Below are positions 13,031-25,190 of a stretch of 64,000 bases of DNA, in pieces; the first letter of the stretch is position 1, and every line of letters begins with the position of its first letter. The position numbers and the translations under genes are program-made. Location of the stretch: contig JBHGNT010000006.1 of assembly GCA_043228905.1 (NCBI GenBank), forward strand, positions 6,696,001-6,760,000, read 5' to 3'. The stretch comes from Azolla caroliniana. Its lineage: Eukaryota > Plantae > Polypodiophyta. The notes beneath the pieces were generated by a model. That model was not told the origin of the DNA, searched no databases, and saw only the letters and a program-made list of their open reading frames with translations.

Positions 13031-13189
13031 AACAGTACTCCCTTTATAGAATATGTTAAACTATAACACGTTTTGTACGATACAATTAACTCTTTTATCC
13101 AAAGTTTTATTTTTTTTATTTTTATTTTCGACAATTCCTCATTTTGTTGTAAACCAATTATCTCATGGGCCAAATTTGGTCTTAGAATA

Positions 13190-14287
13190 TTATGCTTCTG
13201 AAGAGCCAAAAAAGAGATAAGCCATGCATTATGTACAATAATGAGCCACTTGAATGCATGGAAAGCTTCAAATATCTTGGCCTTGAAGTTCCCTCAAATC
13301 ATAGATGGAATGAATGTGCTATACACCGCTTAGAGGCGGGAAAACGAGCATATTATGCATTTGAGAACACATGCAATCGTGGAGATATTAAGTGTTGGGT
13401 CCTCAAGAAATACCTTTTCGACACTTTGGTGACACCGGTGCTTCTCTATGGAGTGGTGGCATCCCGAAATCTACTTGGAAAGAGTTTGAAAATGTCCAAA
13501 AACATTTTATTACCAAGTTTCTACAAGTTAAGAAACAAACGCCATACATCCTCCTCTTTGAGATGGGATCACTTCCCATTGAGATATTGACCATGGAAAG
13601 GGTTGTTGAATACATGCTTAAGGTTCAAAAAAGTCCCTCACATCAACTTCCTAGAATTGCATGGGAAGCAAGCAAAAAGATCCAAAAGACGCATAAAAGC
13701 AAATTTTTGTGTTTTGTTGGATGCAATAGATTTGCTTCATGATGCATCACTAGATTCCTTTGTAAATGAGGCCTTTTTACAACGCCAATGTATCATGACA
13801 CGGGGGAAATGTGGAGGCTCACACTTCATACATTATACTACACATGTTGCACCTAACCACAAAACCATATTCTTCGTGGAACGAGGAAACCGTACACATC
13901 GATACATATTAGAGCCCATTTCGTTGGCTTCTATTCGAACCATTGCTTCAATGCAACTTAGCTCACATGCATTACGATGTGAGACGAGACATTGGGGCAC
14001 AAGTGATGAGAGTGGTCAACTATGCACAGTTTGCCCTAAACAAGTTCGAGAGTCTGAGTATCACACTTTGATACAATGCTCTGCCTTTGATCATATTCGA
14101 CCATGCTTTCCACACATCTTCGACCAAGCCCAATCCTTGCATGAATTTCTCTCACAACCACAATGGATTGCAATGTTCATTGGTAAAGTTCTTGACAATC
14201 GAGAGCCACTACTCACTTTCACACATATCACGTGAAATGTAATTTTTTTGGTCTCATAAGTCATATTTGACCTCCAAAGACGATAAT

Positions 14288-14291
<4 letters not shown>
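13190..14291 (+). mobile_element. 5'-truncated non-LTR retrotransposon (RTE/RTEX/L2-like LINE), frameshifted ORF2 C-terminus
   Basis: ESFKYLG...AGKRAYYAF...KYLFDTLVTPVLLYG (RT end), LLFEMGSLP, and LSSHALRCET...CTVC...ESEYHTLIQC (CCHC knuckle) are spread over three frames. A stem-loop and (CT)n follow at the 3' end. Confidence 0.85.

Positions 14292-14326
<35 letters not shown>
14292..14326. repeat. (CT)n microsatellite at the LINE 3' end
   Basis: Perfect TC dinucleotide run. Confidence 0.95.
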
Positions 14327-14329
<3 letters not shown>

Positions 14330-15895
14330 TCCTTTTACTACCATAGTGGTAGGCATTAGGGAATCAACAAAAGGCCTTGGATTCAAATGCTAACTTTCAA
14401 ACATCTTATTACACCATGGACATGTATCACTTTTCTCCTAAATTGAACAACACGATTCACAATCTCCAAACTATTGATGTAACCCTCTCAACAATGGGTT
14501 GATTGCACTCTCTCTAAAAGCACATATCACATAAGCTAGATACTTGCAACATGGATTGTTGCTTTGTCACCCTCCCTTTTCTCTTCTTGGTTGCCCTTGC
14601 ATAGGTTCTCCGCGAGTTTCCTTTCCTCAAATTGTTCATTCCCAATCTCCAATATGCTTTTGCTACTTCTCCTTAGGATTGCATGTGTTGCTTTAATGCA
14701 TCCTTATCCTTCTCTTCATGTGCTAGTACTCTGCGTTGATACCACACTGCTTAGCAATGAGTTTTCCATAACTATTAGAGACAAGAATAAAGTCATACAA
14801 TTTCCTCCTCCACCTACCTCATCATTTGTATTCATACATCGATGTATGATGTTAATGACAAGTCACAATTGAGTCATATTGGGTCATTGATTGGGATGTT
14901 GACGTCTTTAACTCAAGCCATAAGCAATATTGGACCACTATATATATTATGTTTCTATGCTCGATAGAGTTAGTTGTTGTGTGGTTTGCTACGGGAGTTG
15001 TTGTCGCTTCCCAAAGAGAATGCAAAGCCCGACATCGATAATAAACCATCAAGCTAGGAGCAAGGAGTCTTATGGTATGAAATGCAGATTTAGAAAAGGA
15101 GTCTAATGTTGCGGTGGTAAATGATTGTCTCCAATCATACACATACACACACACACATTACATCTTGCCAAGTTGGGTTTGAACTTACATCGAGCCAACC
15201 ATGTGGATAAGCAACCTTTTTGTCACGCCACAACAAGCACACGATATATCATAACCACGAGTGTGTTTTCTCCAACTTATAGACAACGAGGGAGTCCCCA
15301 ACATTGAGGCGCTGGTCGGAGCTTATCAATGTTGTATTGTATCGTCGGGTACAAGGCGAATGCTATGTGCCCGAAACTCGTCGCCAAAACGAATCAGACT
15401 GATGCTTTCATGGTGGTCAACATGAATCGGGGAGAATGAAAACTACTCGAGCCCGGAGGTGAAGGAGGCACACAATTGAAAACCCAACCCAACCCAAAGC
15501 CCCAACTGAACAACTACTTAACTTACTATACATACATACATACATACTACTTTTAACTTATAAGTTATGAACCGCACTTAAATGGGAGGGGTGGGGGACA
15601 TGACCGTTGGAGTCCTTGCGCGGTGGCGTGATTATCTAATATAGTTCGTCAAAACTACAAAAGTAGCCCCCCGCATTATCGTCGTACAGACTTTATAAAC
15701 GTATTTCTCCTTCTTCCGCCATAGCCGATCTGCTTCTGCTTCTTCCACATCTGATTGGTTTCGTTCTTCCTCTTCTTCTTCGTTTTTCTCGTCTTCTGTA
15801 ATCGCAATCGTCTTCGTCTTCGTCTTCACCTTCACCTTCACCTTCACCTTCACCTTCGCCATCTCCTACCTCCTCCTCCTCCCATCTTCTGTCTC

Positions 15896-18587
15896 ATGGC
15901 TCTCCGTAGCCTCAACGCTTCCGCTCCCGAACGCAACAAGAAAGGCTACGTCTGCACGAGGAAGACTCGCAGTATGGTCTCCGCCCCCAATGATGAGAAC
16001 GTGAACCTTCTCGGAAGCCCTAACAGCCTCTTGCCGGCTCCTGCACGACCTGTTGTACCCTGCAAGAGCGCTGCGTCTCCATCTCCAGACATCGCTCCGC
16101 TTCCTACTTCAGATGAATCTGCCATAGCTGAAATCGAGTATTTGCTATCGGAAAACCTTTCAGACCTCACCGATCCTGAAGACAACCTACATGTTAGTGT
16201 CTCACTCTCTCTTTTTCCTTTTTCTTTTTCTATTTGAGTTGGAGTACAAACCGTAGTTGCCTATCCTCGTTATAATATCCTGGAAATCCTGCTTCTTTTT
16301 CTATCACTATCTGAGATCTGTTTTAATGCCGAGATCTTTCTTTCCGTGACTGTATTTTGTATTAAAAAGAACTGTATAACTTTTACCGGAACCTTTTACT
16401 TCTATGCTTTTATTACTGTCCCCAATGGTAGTCCTTACCATTGTCTCTTTCGTTCTTTTTAACTTCTTGACTCCACTACTGTGCTTAATTCATGATCGGA
16501 CTATGTTTATTTTCTCATATTACCACTAATTATTCTGGAACTCCTGCAAGATCCATGAAGATTATGGTCAGTCTTTATAAGCTCTATTTATTGATATGAG
16601 ATAATTGGTATTCATTTGGAACAACAGTGATATGTTCTTATCATCTGTCAAAGTTCATTCAGGATGGTTTTGATGATAGATTTTCTTTATTATCTCAAAA
16701 ACATGGATGTAAATGGTGGTTTCTGAGTCTTTATCTCTGTTTGAATTATCGTGGTTAGCGTTTTCTGTCTTTTCTTGATCTTATGACCCATTGAACTCCT
16801 GCAAGATCCATGAAGATTATGGTCAGTCTTTATAAGCTCTATTTATTGATATGAGATAATTGGTATTCATTTGGAACAACAGTGATATGTTCTTATCATC
16901 TGTCAAAGTTCATTCAGGATGGTTTTGATGATAGATTTTCTTTATTATCTCAAAAACATGGATGTAAATGGTGGTTTCTGAGTCTTTATCTCTGTTTGAA
17001 TTATCGTGGTTAGCGTTTTCTGTCTTTTCTTGATCTTATGACCCATTGAACTCCTGCAAGATCCATGAAGATTATGGTCAGTCTTTATAAGCTCTATTTA
17101 TTGATATGAGATAATTGGTATTCATTTGGAACAACAGTGATATGTTCTTATCATCTGTCAAAGTTCATTCAGGATGGTTTTGATGATAGATTTTCTTTAT
17201 TATCTCAAAAACATGGATGTAAATGGTGGTTTCTGAGTCTTTATCTCTGTTTGAATTATCGTGGTTAGCGTTTTCTGTCTTTTCTTGATCTTATGACCCA
17301 TTGAATGCCATTTTCTCTTCTTGAACATATCAAAAGAGGATTTCTAATGTCTGCTGTTTATCCAATAATTTTTTCAGACATTGATTGAGAGGCTGGATTC
17401 TAAGGACTGGCTGAAGGTGTGTGAAGCCGTTAACAACACGAGACAGCTGTCCATTTATCATGCTTCTTCTCTTCAGCTGCACCTGTAAGTCTTAATATTC
17501 CTTAAATTTCTATGTCTATTCATGCAATGTACATTGAAATTTCAGACCTATCATTAAATTAAAGTAGCCTTCCATTTCAACTTGTCTAATAAGTATCCTG
17601 TTATAAATCCAGAGATAAAGTAATTCCTCTACTAGTGAAAGCATTAAAAAATCCGAGGAGTGCACTGTGCAAGACCGCCATCATGGGTTCAGCAGATTTA
17701 TTCAAGGCATATCCAAATGAAATTATTAACATGCTGGAACAGCTTGTAAGTGATCGATTTTTCTTGCAAAACTATTTATCTGTAGAAACATGGCAAACAA
17801 ACTCATTTGATTTGTGTAGAAATATGTCAGATCAACTGAAGAACATAGCAAATGAATCATTATTTCTGTATTACCCATTGCATTTGTATGAAGATAGTGG
17901 ATACAGCTTCTTCAGCTGCATTTACATCACCGTCTCATGAGATTTGTGTGAACAATGTGGATGCAGCTTCTTCAGCTTCTCTTGAAGGCATCACAGGATA
18001 AGAAGTTTGTTTGTGAGGAAGCTGAAAGGTCACTAGAGGTGATGACAGATTGTCTTCCTCCATCATGTTTATTGATTCAGTTGCAGCCTTATGTGAAACA
18101 TCGTAGTCCTAGGGTTCGAGCAAAAGCTGCATCATGTGTCTACCGATGTGTTGCAAAGCTGGTGAGTATTAGGAGAAATGAAAAAACTCTCTTTTTTATG
18201 TGGATTAGTCTTATTAATTTAAAATCCTCTGGTTTTGAACATATTCAGGGAAATGACGGGATAAAGAAATATGGATTTCAGCCATTGTTGCAATTGGCGG
18301 CATCTCATTTAAATGATCAGCTTCCTGAGGCTCGTGAGGCAGCACGGAAGCTTATAGCAGAGATATATGCTGTGTATCCTAACAATAATGTGAATGATAG
18401 CACGTCAGAAGGGAATTTAACTGTGGATGATTGCAACTTAGAAATGAACGGGAATGTGAGTGATAACAAATTGAATGATGAGAAACCAGATATCGTACAA
18501 GAGGTCCAAGGTTGGAGCGAGTTCTGTACTTCACAGCTATCTTTACATGTTGCACAGGCTGTTATAAGGTTGACTTCTGGTGCTTGA
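15896..18587 (+). CDS. TOG/ARM (CLASP-N-like) repeat protein, At4g15830/At3g01450-like, 5 exons, ~356 aa
   Basis: Exons 15896-16192, 17378-17484, 17613-17745, 17967-18161 and 18249-18587 join in frame. Motifs: LDSKDWLKVCEAVNNTRQL, KALKNPRSALCKTAIM, LLLKASQDKKFVCEEAE, DQLPEAREAAR. Confidence 0.9.
16538..17305. repeat. Tandem triplication, 3 x 255 bp, in intron 1 of the TOG/ARM gene
   Basis: gaactcctgcaagatccatgaagattatgg... starts at 16538, 16793 and 17048. The copies look identical by eye. Confidence 0.95.
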
Positions 18588-20557
18588 AGATACCTCACAA
18601 CATTGGAATGGGGGTTTAATCGAGAAAGGATAAACCATTTTTCTTCCTTTTGTTGAAGGCAATCCATCCGAATCTATTTGCTCTCATATTCTAATGAGGC
18701 TTAAAATGTGGTGCTGGCTAATAGCGAGCAGTACGTACGTACATACATATCAGGCACTCGGTCATGGTGCCATAAGTACTTCATAGGCTTTGTTTGTGAA
18801 AGGTGTTTCTGTATGTAATAGACTGATTATATAGCTCACATAGCTCTTCTTGGGTACTGTTATCAGATTTGGTGTTTCTTTATGCATCACTCTACTGGTC
18901 TAATGGCTTATGTAGCTTTCCTTTTTATATTTTCGATTATTGGTATGAATTCATGATATTTGATTAATGACTCAATAACCCCACTGTCAATTTTATTCAA
19001 ATTGTTTTGCACTGTACAGAATTATTATTTGTCTGCTTGAATTGCTAGAAACATGGTTCCTTTTTGTATATTACAACGAAGCTAGGGCAAGCTTAAATAT
19101 CCCTCTAGGAGGATACTAGTGTGGAATGTCTGTCTATATATTAGTCTATTATTTCTTGTCTTTACGCGAAGAGTGTATTCATATTGGAAACATCTTTATA
19201 GTCAAGAGAATAAATATTACGAGGGGGATAACGTCTGAGTTTCTATGAGCGATGCTTGTTCAGGATTTGTTCACAAGAAGAATGAAAGGCATGAAATGAG
19301 CATGATCTTTTGGCACGCCAAAAAGTTACATTGCATGTTGATATTTTGTGGGGTACTATGTTGTGCCCATTTAGGTATTCCATGGACTGGGATCAATGAA
19401 GTTTATGTGGTTTACTTATATTGGGTAGTATAAAATATAGAGTCTGGGTCATAAACATCCACCTCCTATCTAGTGTTTAAGATCCTAAGTATTGAGCTTG
19501 GAGAATAATTTATTACAATTGAAAATCTCTCTATCAATATATTAGTCTTATCACCTCCTATCTTCATACTAAGTGTATTTATCCTTTTTTTGGAAAAAAG
19601 TCTATTTATCTTGGAAATATATATATGGTGAAGAGATTAAACATGGGGAATATCTTTATTACAAAGAGATTAAAGACTCTACACATCTTCGTACCAAAAG
19701 GATTAACAAAAAACAATGTCAATATGCATCTTCATAATCGAAAGAGTACTAACACAACAAATACTCTACATGTATCACTAATGTTGTAGAGTCCATTCTA
19801 TGCCAAGGCCCCAATGTTTGTGACAAGCATAGGCTTTAGAGTAACTTTTCAAATCAAAGTAGGATTCTTAAGTCAAACTCTCATGATGGGATCCATATTA
19901 TTTGCCTTTTCAAAGCAAAGTAGGATCCATATTATTTGCGGGTGAACTAGTTCTTCAATGAAATGATGCCTTGTAGATGGCAAGAGTGCATATTTTTTCT
20001 GTGGCAATCATGAGAATATAATAAACATTAAAGCCAAGAGGAGCAATCAATTGAAATTAGTGTGTAATCTACTTGGACATGTAAGAATGATGGTTTTGTC
20101 TTGCATTAACCTCCCATTCGTTCTGAAGCAAATACACCTATGTGTGACGTTGTCGAAGGGACATTTTAACAAAAATATTCTTCATATACATATGTCAAGA
20201 ACTTTACAGATATTTCAATCATTACAAGAGCGAAATACACTTCAAGTGGGCATAGAATATATTCTATATGCCATTCACCCACAAAACATAATCTTATCCA
20301 AGACTAAATTGTACCTAATAAAGTGAGTAATCAGTGCAACCACCATGGGCGGCACAGCAGGAGGAGATTGGCAGCAGTTAGAGGCGGTAATCTACAGATG
20401 TTAGAGGCGATTAGCTGCCAGCAATGGGGGATTAGTAGTGGTTATCTGTGATAATTGACCATCTGTGTCAATTAATGGTGGTTATTGATCTTTACAATAA
20501 CCGCCAGTGGCAGCAGCAGTGGTTATGGGTTGTGAGTAGCAGCCATTTGACACCAAG

Positions 20558-21409
20558 CTATTGGCTCTCTGAGTATGTGCGATCGCAGTAATAGGAGTGG
20601 ATGAAAGGGGTCAAGAGGCCCGAGCTGCCCCCAAAACAGATGGTGATGTGACATTTAGAGATGATATATGCATGGTGGGAGAAGAGTCCATTGGCGGTGC
20701 TGACGTGGCCAACAATGGTGACCGCTGATGTCAGCTGGAAAGCGGCGCTGGCAGTTGGTGGCATCGGCAGTTGGCTTGAATAAGCAGAAACAGAAACAGA
20801 AGAGGTCCCGGTTGCGGCATTAGTTGGAGAGGGTTGGCTAGAGTTATAGGAGGAGGAAAACACAGTTGTGGTGATTGGTGGGGGCGGTGATGGTTGATTG
20901 GAATAAGATAATGACGAAGAAACAGTTGGGGGTGGTTGGCTGGTAGTTGGTGGCGATTGAGCCGCACCAGTGGTTATGATGAAAGGAGAGGCGGCATCGA
21001 CGGTAACAGTTGTGGTGCCCAACGATTGGGCAGGTACAGATGCCAATGAGATCGGCATGAAACCAATCTGGCGGTTGCTGTAGTAGAGACATGCACCGCT
21101 TCCCTCACTCACCCAGAAGACTCCTCTGTTAGGGTTATACAAAACCACTTGCAAATTCAACCTCACGTCCTCCACATGCACAGCCACCGCCAATGCATCT
21201 GATGCCGTCGATCCCGGGTCTGATCTGACTGTCTTCAGCGATAGGAGTTGCATTGTGGGTAGCTGTAGTTGGGGATCTCTGGGCTTCCACACTGCAAAGT
21301 ACAAAACTATGAATACAATTATGAGAGTTACCAGTATGGCCATACATAACAGACAGGCTGCTTGCCGCCACTCTTCATCCTCTCTCCGGCAATGCCCCCG
21401 TCTCCCCAT
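20558..21409 (-). CDS. NDR1/HIN1-like (LEA_2 domain) single-pass membrane protein with an internal Ser/Pro/Thr-rich insertion
   Basis: 283-aa single-exon ORF with a hydrophobic segment CLLCMAILVTLIIVFIVLYFAVW followed by KPRDP, the LEA_2 motif VVLYNPN...LYYSNRQIG, and C-terminal SKCHITI...C. Confidence 0.8.
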   Translation of the reverse strand: MGRRGHCRREDEEWRQAACLLCMAILVTLIIVFIVLYFAVWKPRDPQLQLPTMQLLSLKTVRSDPGSTASDALAVAVHVEDVRLNLQVVLYNPNRGVFWVSEGSGACLYYSNRQIGFMPISLASVPAQSLGTTTVTVDAASPFIITTGAAQSPPTTSQPPPTVSSSLSYSNQPSPPPPITTTVFSSSYNSSQPSPTNAATGTSSVSVSAYSSQLPMPPTASAAFQLTSAVTIVGHVSTANGLFSHHAYIISKCHITICFGGSSGLLTPFIHSYYCDRTYSESQ

Positions 21410-22585
21410 TCTCTCTCTCTCTCTCTATGCACACACACAAAACATATACATGTACATTTATATACACACATATATAACATATGTGTGATAAATTAATTAT
21501 TAACAAAGAACTCCTCATTCTCTTTCTCTCTCTCTCTCTCTCTCTATACACACACATATATATACATACGTACACATAGATATAATATATATGTATGGGA
21601 TAAATTAATTATTACCAGATAAAGTGCGTGATAACAACGTGTTACCTTTCCTTAGCTTTGATAGTATAATTACCTTCTAATGAACATCCTTTTGGTGATG
21701 CCATAGACTTTGCCTTGAAGATTAAAGGAAGTTTTTCTCCACCCCACCCCACTCTCCCTCCCTTTTCTTCATGATTGTGTCTTCCACACACATCTCTCTC
21801 TACTACTTTTGGATGTTTAAAAAGTACCTATCTATATACAACTTTTTAATTTTAATCATTTTAGTACTTCTGTCAATGATTGTATTCTGCGTAAAGCATT
21901 CCTTTGCTGGTTGCCTTTTACACACATGGAACCATATAAACATCATACATTCTGGACATTACCCTAAAACCATGTAAAAGCTCCTTCTTACCTTGTGTAT
22001 CTTTCATGGTACATCCAACTTTCATTGGAGCTTTCTTTGCTACTCCCCACATGCTCTTTCCTTGTACATTTTTCCATCTCTTTACAAGATTGACCAAAAT
22101 TTTACATATTTTTTCACTTAAAAGGAGGCATCGATGGTGGGAACCAAGGGAAAGGGGACTACCCACCAGTGTCTTACAAGACAAAAAGTTTCGACCACTT
22201 ACAACCTATAGTATTGTGAAAGTTTTGAATTTGACTGCTCCAAAGAAGAGTACCCTTTGCAGACCCCTCTAGTAACATGCCCCTTTATATTATAACACAC
22301 TCATCTGAAATAGAGTCATTCCATGACAAGCTATCATCTGGAAATCAGTGTATTTATCTTATAGCAATGTACTTGGATAGCATTACTGGTCCTGCTATGA
22401 ATTAACAACGTTCTTTTCATCAAACTTGGGAGGTCAACAATTGTGATATTCTTGTAAAATACCAGTGCTCTTTTGAAGCCCTAATGATAGGCCTTCCTTG
22501 TATCCAATAATATCTTAATACATGGAAGGGAGCATGGCATGGTTATCAACATAATAATTACATAAGGTGATTTCCTGAACCCAGC

Positions 22586-24854
22586 TTAGTCCTGACATCC
22601 AGATTTTCTATCTTCAAACACATGAAGTTTGTTCAAGTTTCTGATCATAATTTTCCGCTTCTCTATTTTTGAGACTAATGATGTGGTATGACAACAATCA
22701 TCACAGATACACATGCAACTCAGATGTATCGTTTCATCATTGGATGTATTGATGAGAGCACATGCAATGGCCAGATTCACACCATGCCCACATTGCAGAT
22801 CTATCCTTGGATCATCTAAAATTCTCGGCAAGATTGGGTTCTCTGTTAAATAGAATTCTTTTCGTGATATTTCATGGGAAATAGCAGCTAATTTTGCATA
22901 TGTATCTTTACTTTGAGAATGCTTGTTATTGCCAGAACAAAATGAATGAACGTTTCCACTCGCATCAACCCAAACGGTAATTCCTTGCTTATTCCATGAA
23001 GAATATGTATATTCTCGCCTCATAGCTTCAACTTTCTCCGCATCTTGTTGCATGCCAGCAGCAGCAAAAATATTAGCCATAAGAATATAAGCTGAAGCAC
23101 AAGTATTATCTAATTGTATAGCTTGATCAAAGACTAATTTCCCGAGCTTCACGTTCGCCCACTTTCTGCAGGAACCTAATAATACATGCCAAACAGCGGG
23201 ATAATCAGGAGAAGGCATCTTTTTAATCTGAGATGCTGCCTTATCAAACTGCCCTGCACATCCAAAAGCCATCACCATGCAAGTATAATGCTCCAAATTT
23301 GGATGAATACCATATTTTGTTCTCATGCTTTCAAACAGTATTTCAGCGTCATTCAATAGTCCCGCGTGACTACATGCACTCAGAACACATAAGAATGTAA
23401 CTTCATCAGGAGAAATGCCTTCCTTCAGCATCTGTTCTAAACAGTTAAGTGCTTCCTTACCTTGGCCTTGTTGGGCATAACCTGTAATTAATGCATTCCA
23501 ACATGCTACATTTCTCCTAGGGAGCTCTTCGAGCACTTCTTGTGCTTTCGCAAGGATACCACATTTGGCATACATATCCACCAATGCAGTTCCAAGCAAA
23601 ACATCTCTTTCCAACAATCCTTTTTTCACAATCTCTTCCTGAATTTGTTTGCCCTTGTCTACAGCTCCCGCACTGCCACAAGCCTTCAAAATTGAAGTGA
23701 ATGTGATTGCATTTGGCGAGAAGCCCTCCCTTTTCATCTGTTCCCAGCAATCTAATGCTTCATGACCCTGCCCCTGTTGGGCATATCCAGCAATCAATGC
23801 AGACCAAGAGACTACATTTCGCACATGAAGAGACTTGAGCACTTTGCATGCTTCCGCAAGCATACCACATCTTGCATACATATCGACAAGAGCATTCCCA
23901 AGCACAATGTCCTTATCTAGCAAATTGCCTCTGTTGATAATCTCACCATGGATCTGTAAACCTTCTTCTATAGCTCCAGTGGGGCCACACACCTTCAGGA
24001 TGCAAATGAAAGTTACCACATCAGGAAAGAAGCCCTCGCTTTGCATCAATCGATAACAGTGTAATGCTTCATGATCTTTCCCCTTCTCAGCATATCCTGA
24101 AAGTAATGCATTCCAAGAGACTATATTTCGAATGGGCAATTCTTCAAGAGCTTTTCGTGCTTTCTCTAGTAGCCCACATTTGGCATACATATCCACCAAA
24201 GCAGTACCAAGCATAACATCATTTTCAAACAAACCTCTAGACATAATCTCTTCATGCATTTTTTCACCCATTTCTTTATCCTTCGTAGTACCACAAGCCT
24301 TCAACATGCAAATGAAGGTAACCGCATCAGGAGAGAGACCCTCCTTTTCCATGCCCTCGAAACAATTCAATGCCTCGTGAGCTTTTCCATACTCTACATA
24401 CCCTCCAATCAATGCATTCCATGTGACAACATCCCTGAATGGAAGCTCATCGAGCACTTGTTGTGCTTTCGCAAGCATACCACATTTGGCATACATACTA
24501 ATAACTGTACAAGATAGGTAAGGGTTATTATCTAATAAACCCTTCTTCACAACAACGTCATGTAACTTGATACCTGTACATAGATCTTTCTTCTTGCCAC
24601 AATCCTTGAGTGAGGACACAAAAGCATCATATTCTCTATGATTACCGTCGTTACTCTCCTCTTTATCCATTTTCATTATCTCTCCAAGCTCAATTGGTCT
24701 TCCTCGTCTTCTAATCTCTTCAGTGACCCAAGAAGGATTGTGGCATCCATGGACCCATAAAGACACATACGTGATTTTGTGTCTAAAGTCGGGGGAATTT
24801 GAGCTTCTCTGTATCAAAACAGAATATGTATATATCTCTGTTTCTGTGTGTCTG

Positions 24855-24930
<76 letters not shown>

Positions 24931-25093
24931 CCTCACTCTTTCTTTCTTTCTTTTTTCCTCAAAGGCTTGATCGCCTCACCTTGGTGAAACGGACATCATT
25001 CCACAGACAAGGATCTTTGAAGAAGGATCGCCATGAGAGGTCCATCTTCTGACACGACCTATTTGATGTGCAAGGTCTCGACGCCATAGCCAT
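22586..25093 (-). CDS. PLS-E-DYW PPR protein with a degenerate (WW-like) DYW domain; probable 2 exons
   Basis: Main exon 24808-22586 has PLS repeats, E motifs and WVDASGNVHSF...CGHGVNLAIACALI...CICDDCC...HVFED. A candidate first exon 25093-24980 (MAMASRPCTSNR...FTK|gtgag) splices in phase to tacag|AGA at 24808. If unspliced, the first in-frame ATG is at 24676. Confidence 0.88.
24861..24926. repeat. (CT)n/(GA)n microsatellite in the putative first intron of the PPR gene
   Basis: Perfect dinucleotide run of ~65 bp. Confidence 0.95.
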
Positions 25094-25120
25094 TATTAGC
25101 AGAGGAGGATGACAAAAATC

Positions 25121-25190
25121 TGGTATGGCTTGGTTGTCTGTCTTTACAAGCTTCTCTAGTGGTCGGTCATGGGTTCGAATCTTACCGATG
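25121..25190 (+). other. Possible tRNA-derived SINE head (Pol III A/B box-like)
   Basis: TGGCTTGGTTG at 25126 and GGTTCGAATC at 25172 have tRNA-like spacing. No cloverleaf can be folded by eye. Confidence 0.3.

Noticed and set aside
15632-15895. Poly-RL/HL and KV-repeat ORFs
   Set aside because: Translations of (cgtctt)n/(cacctt)n microsatellites in the 5' UTR of the TOG/ARM gene.
19400-20330. Possible decayed L1-type LINE (also ~41900-42400 and ~51350-52480)
   Set aside because: Only faint motif-like fragments, too degraded to assign or bound without a search.
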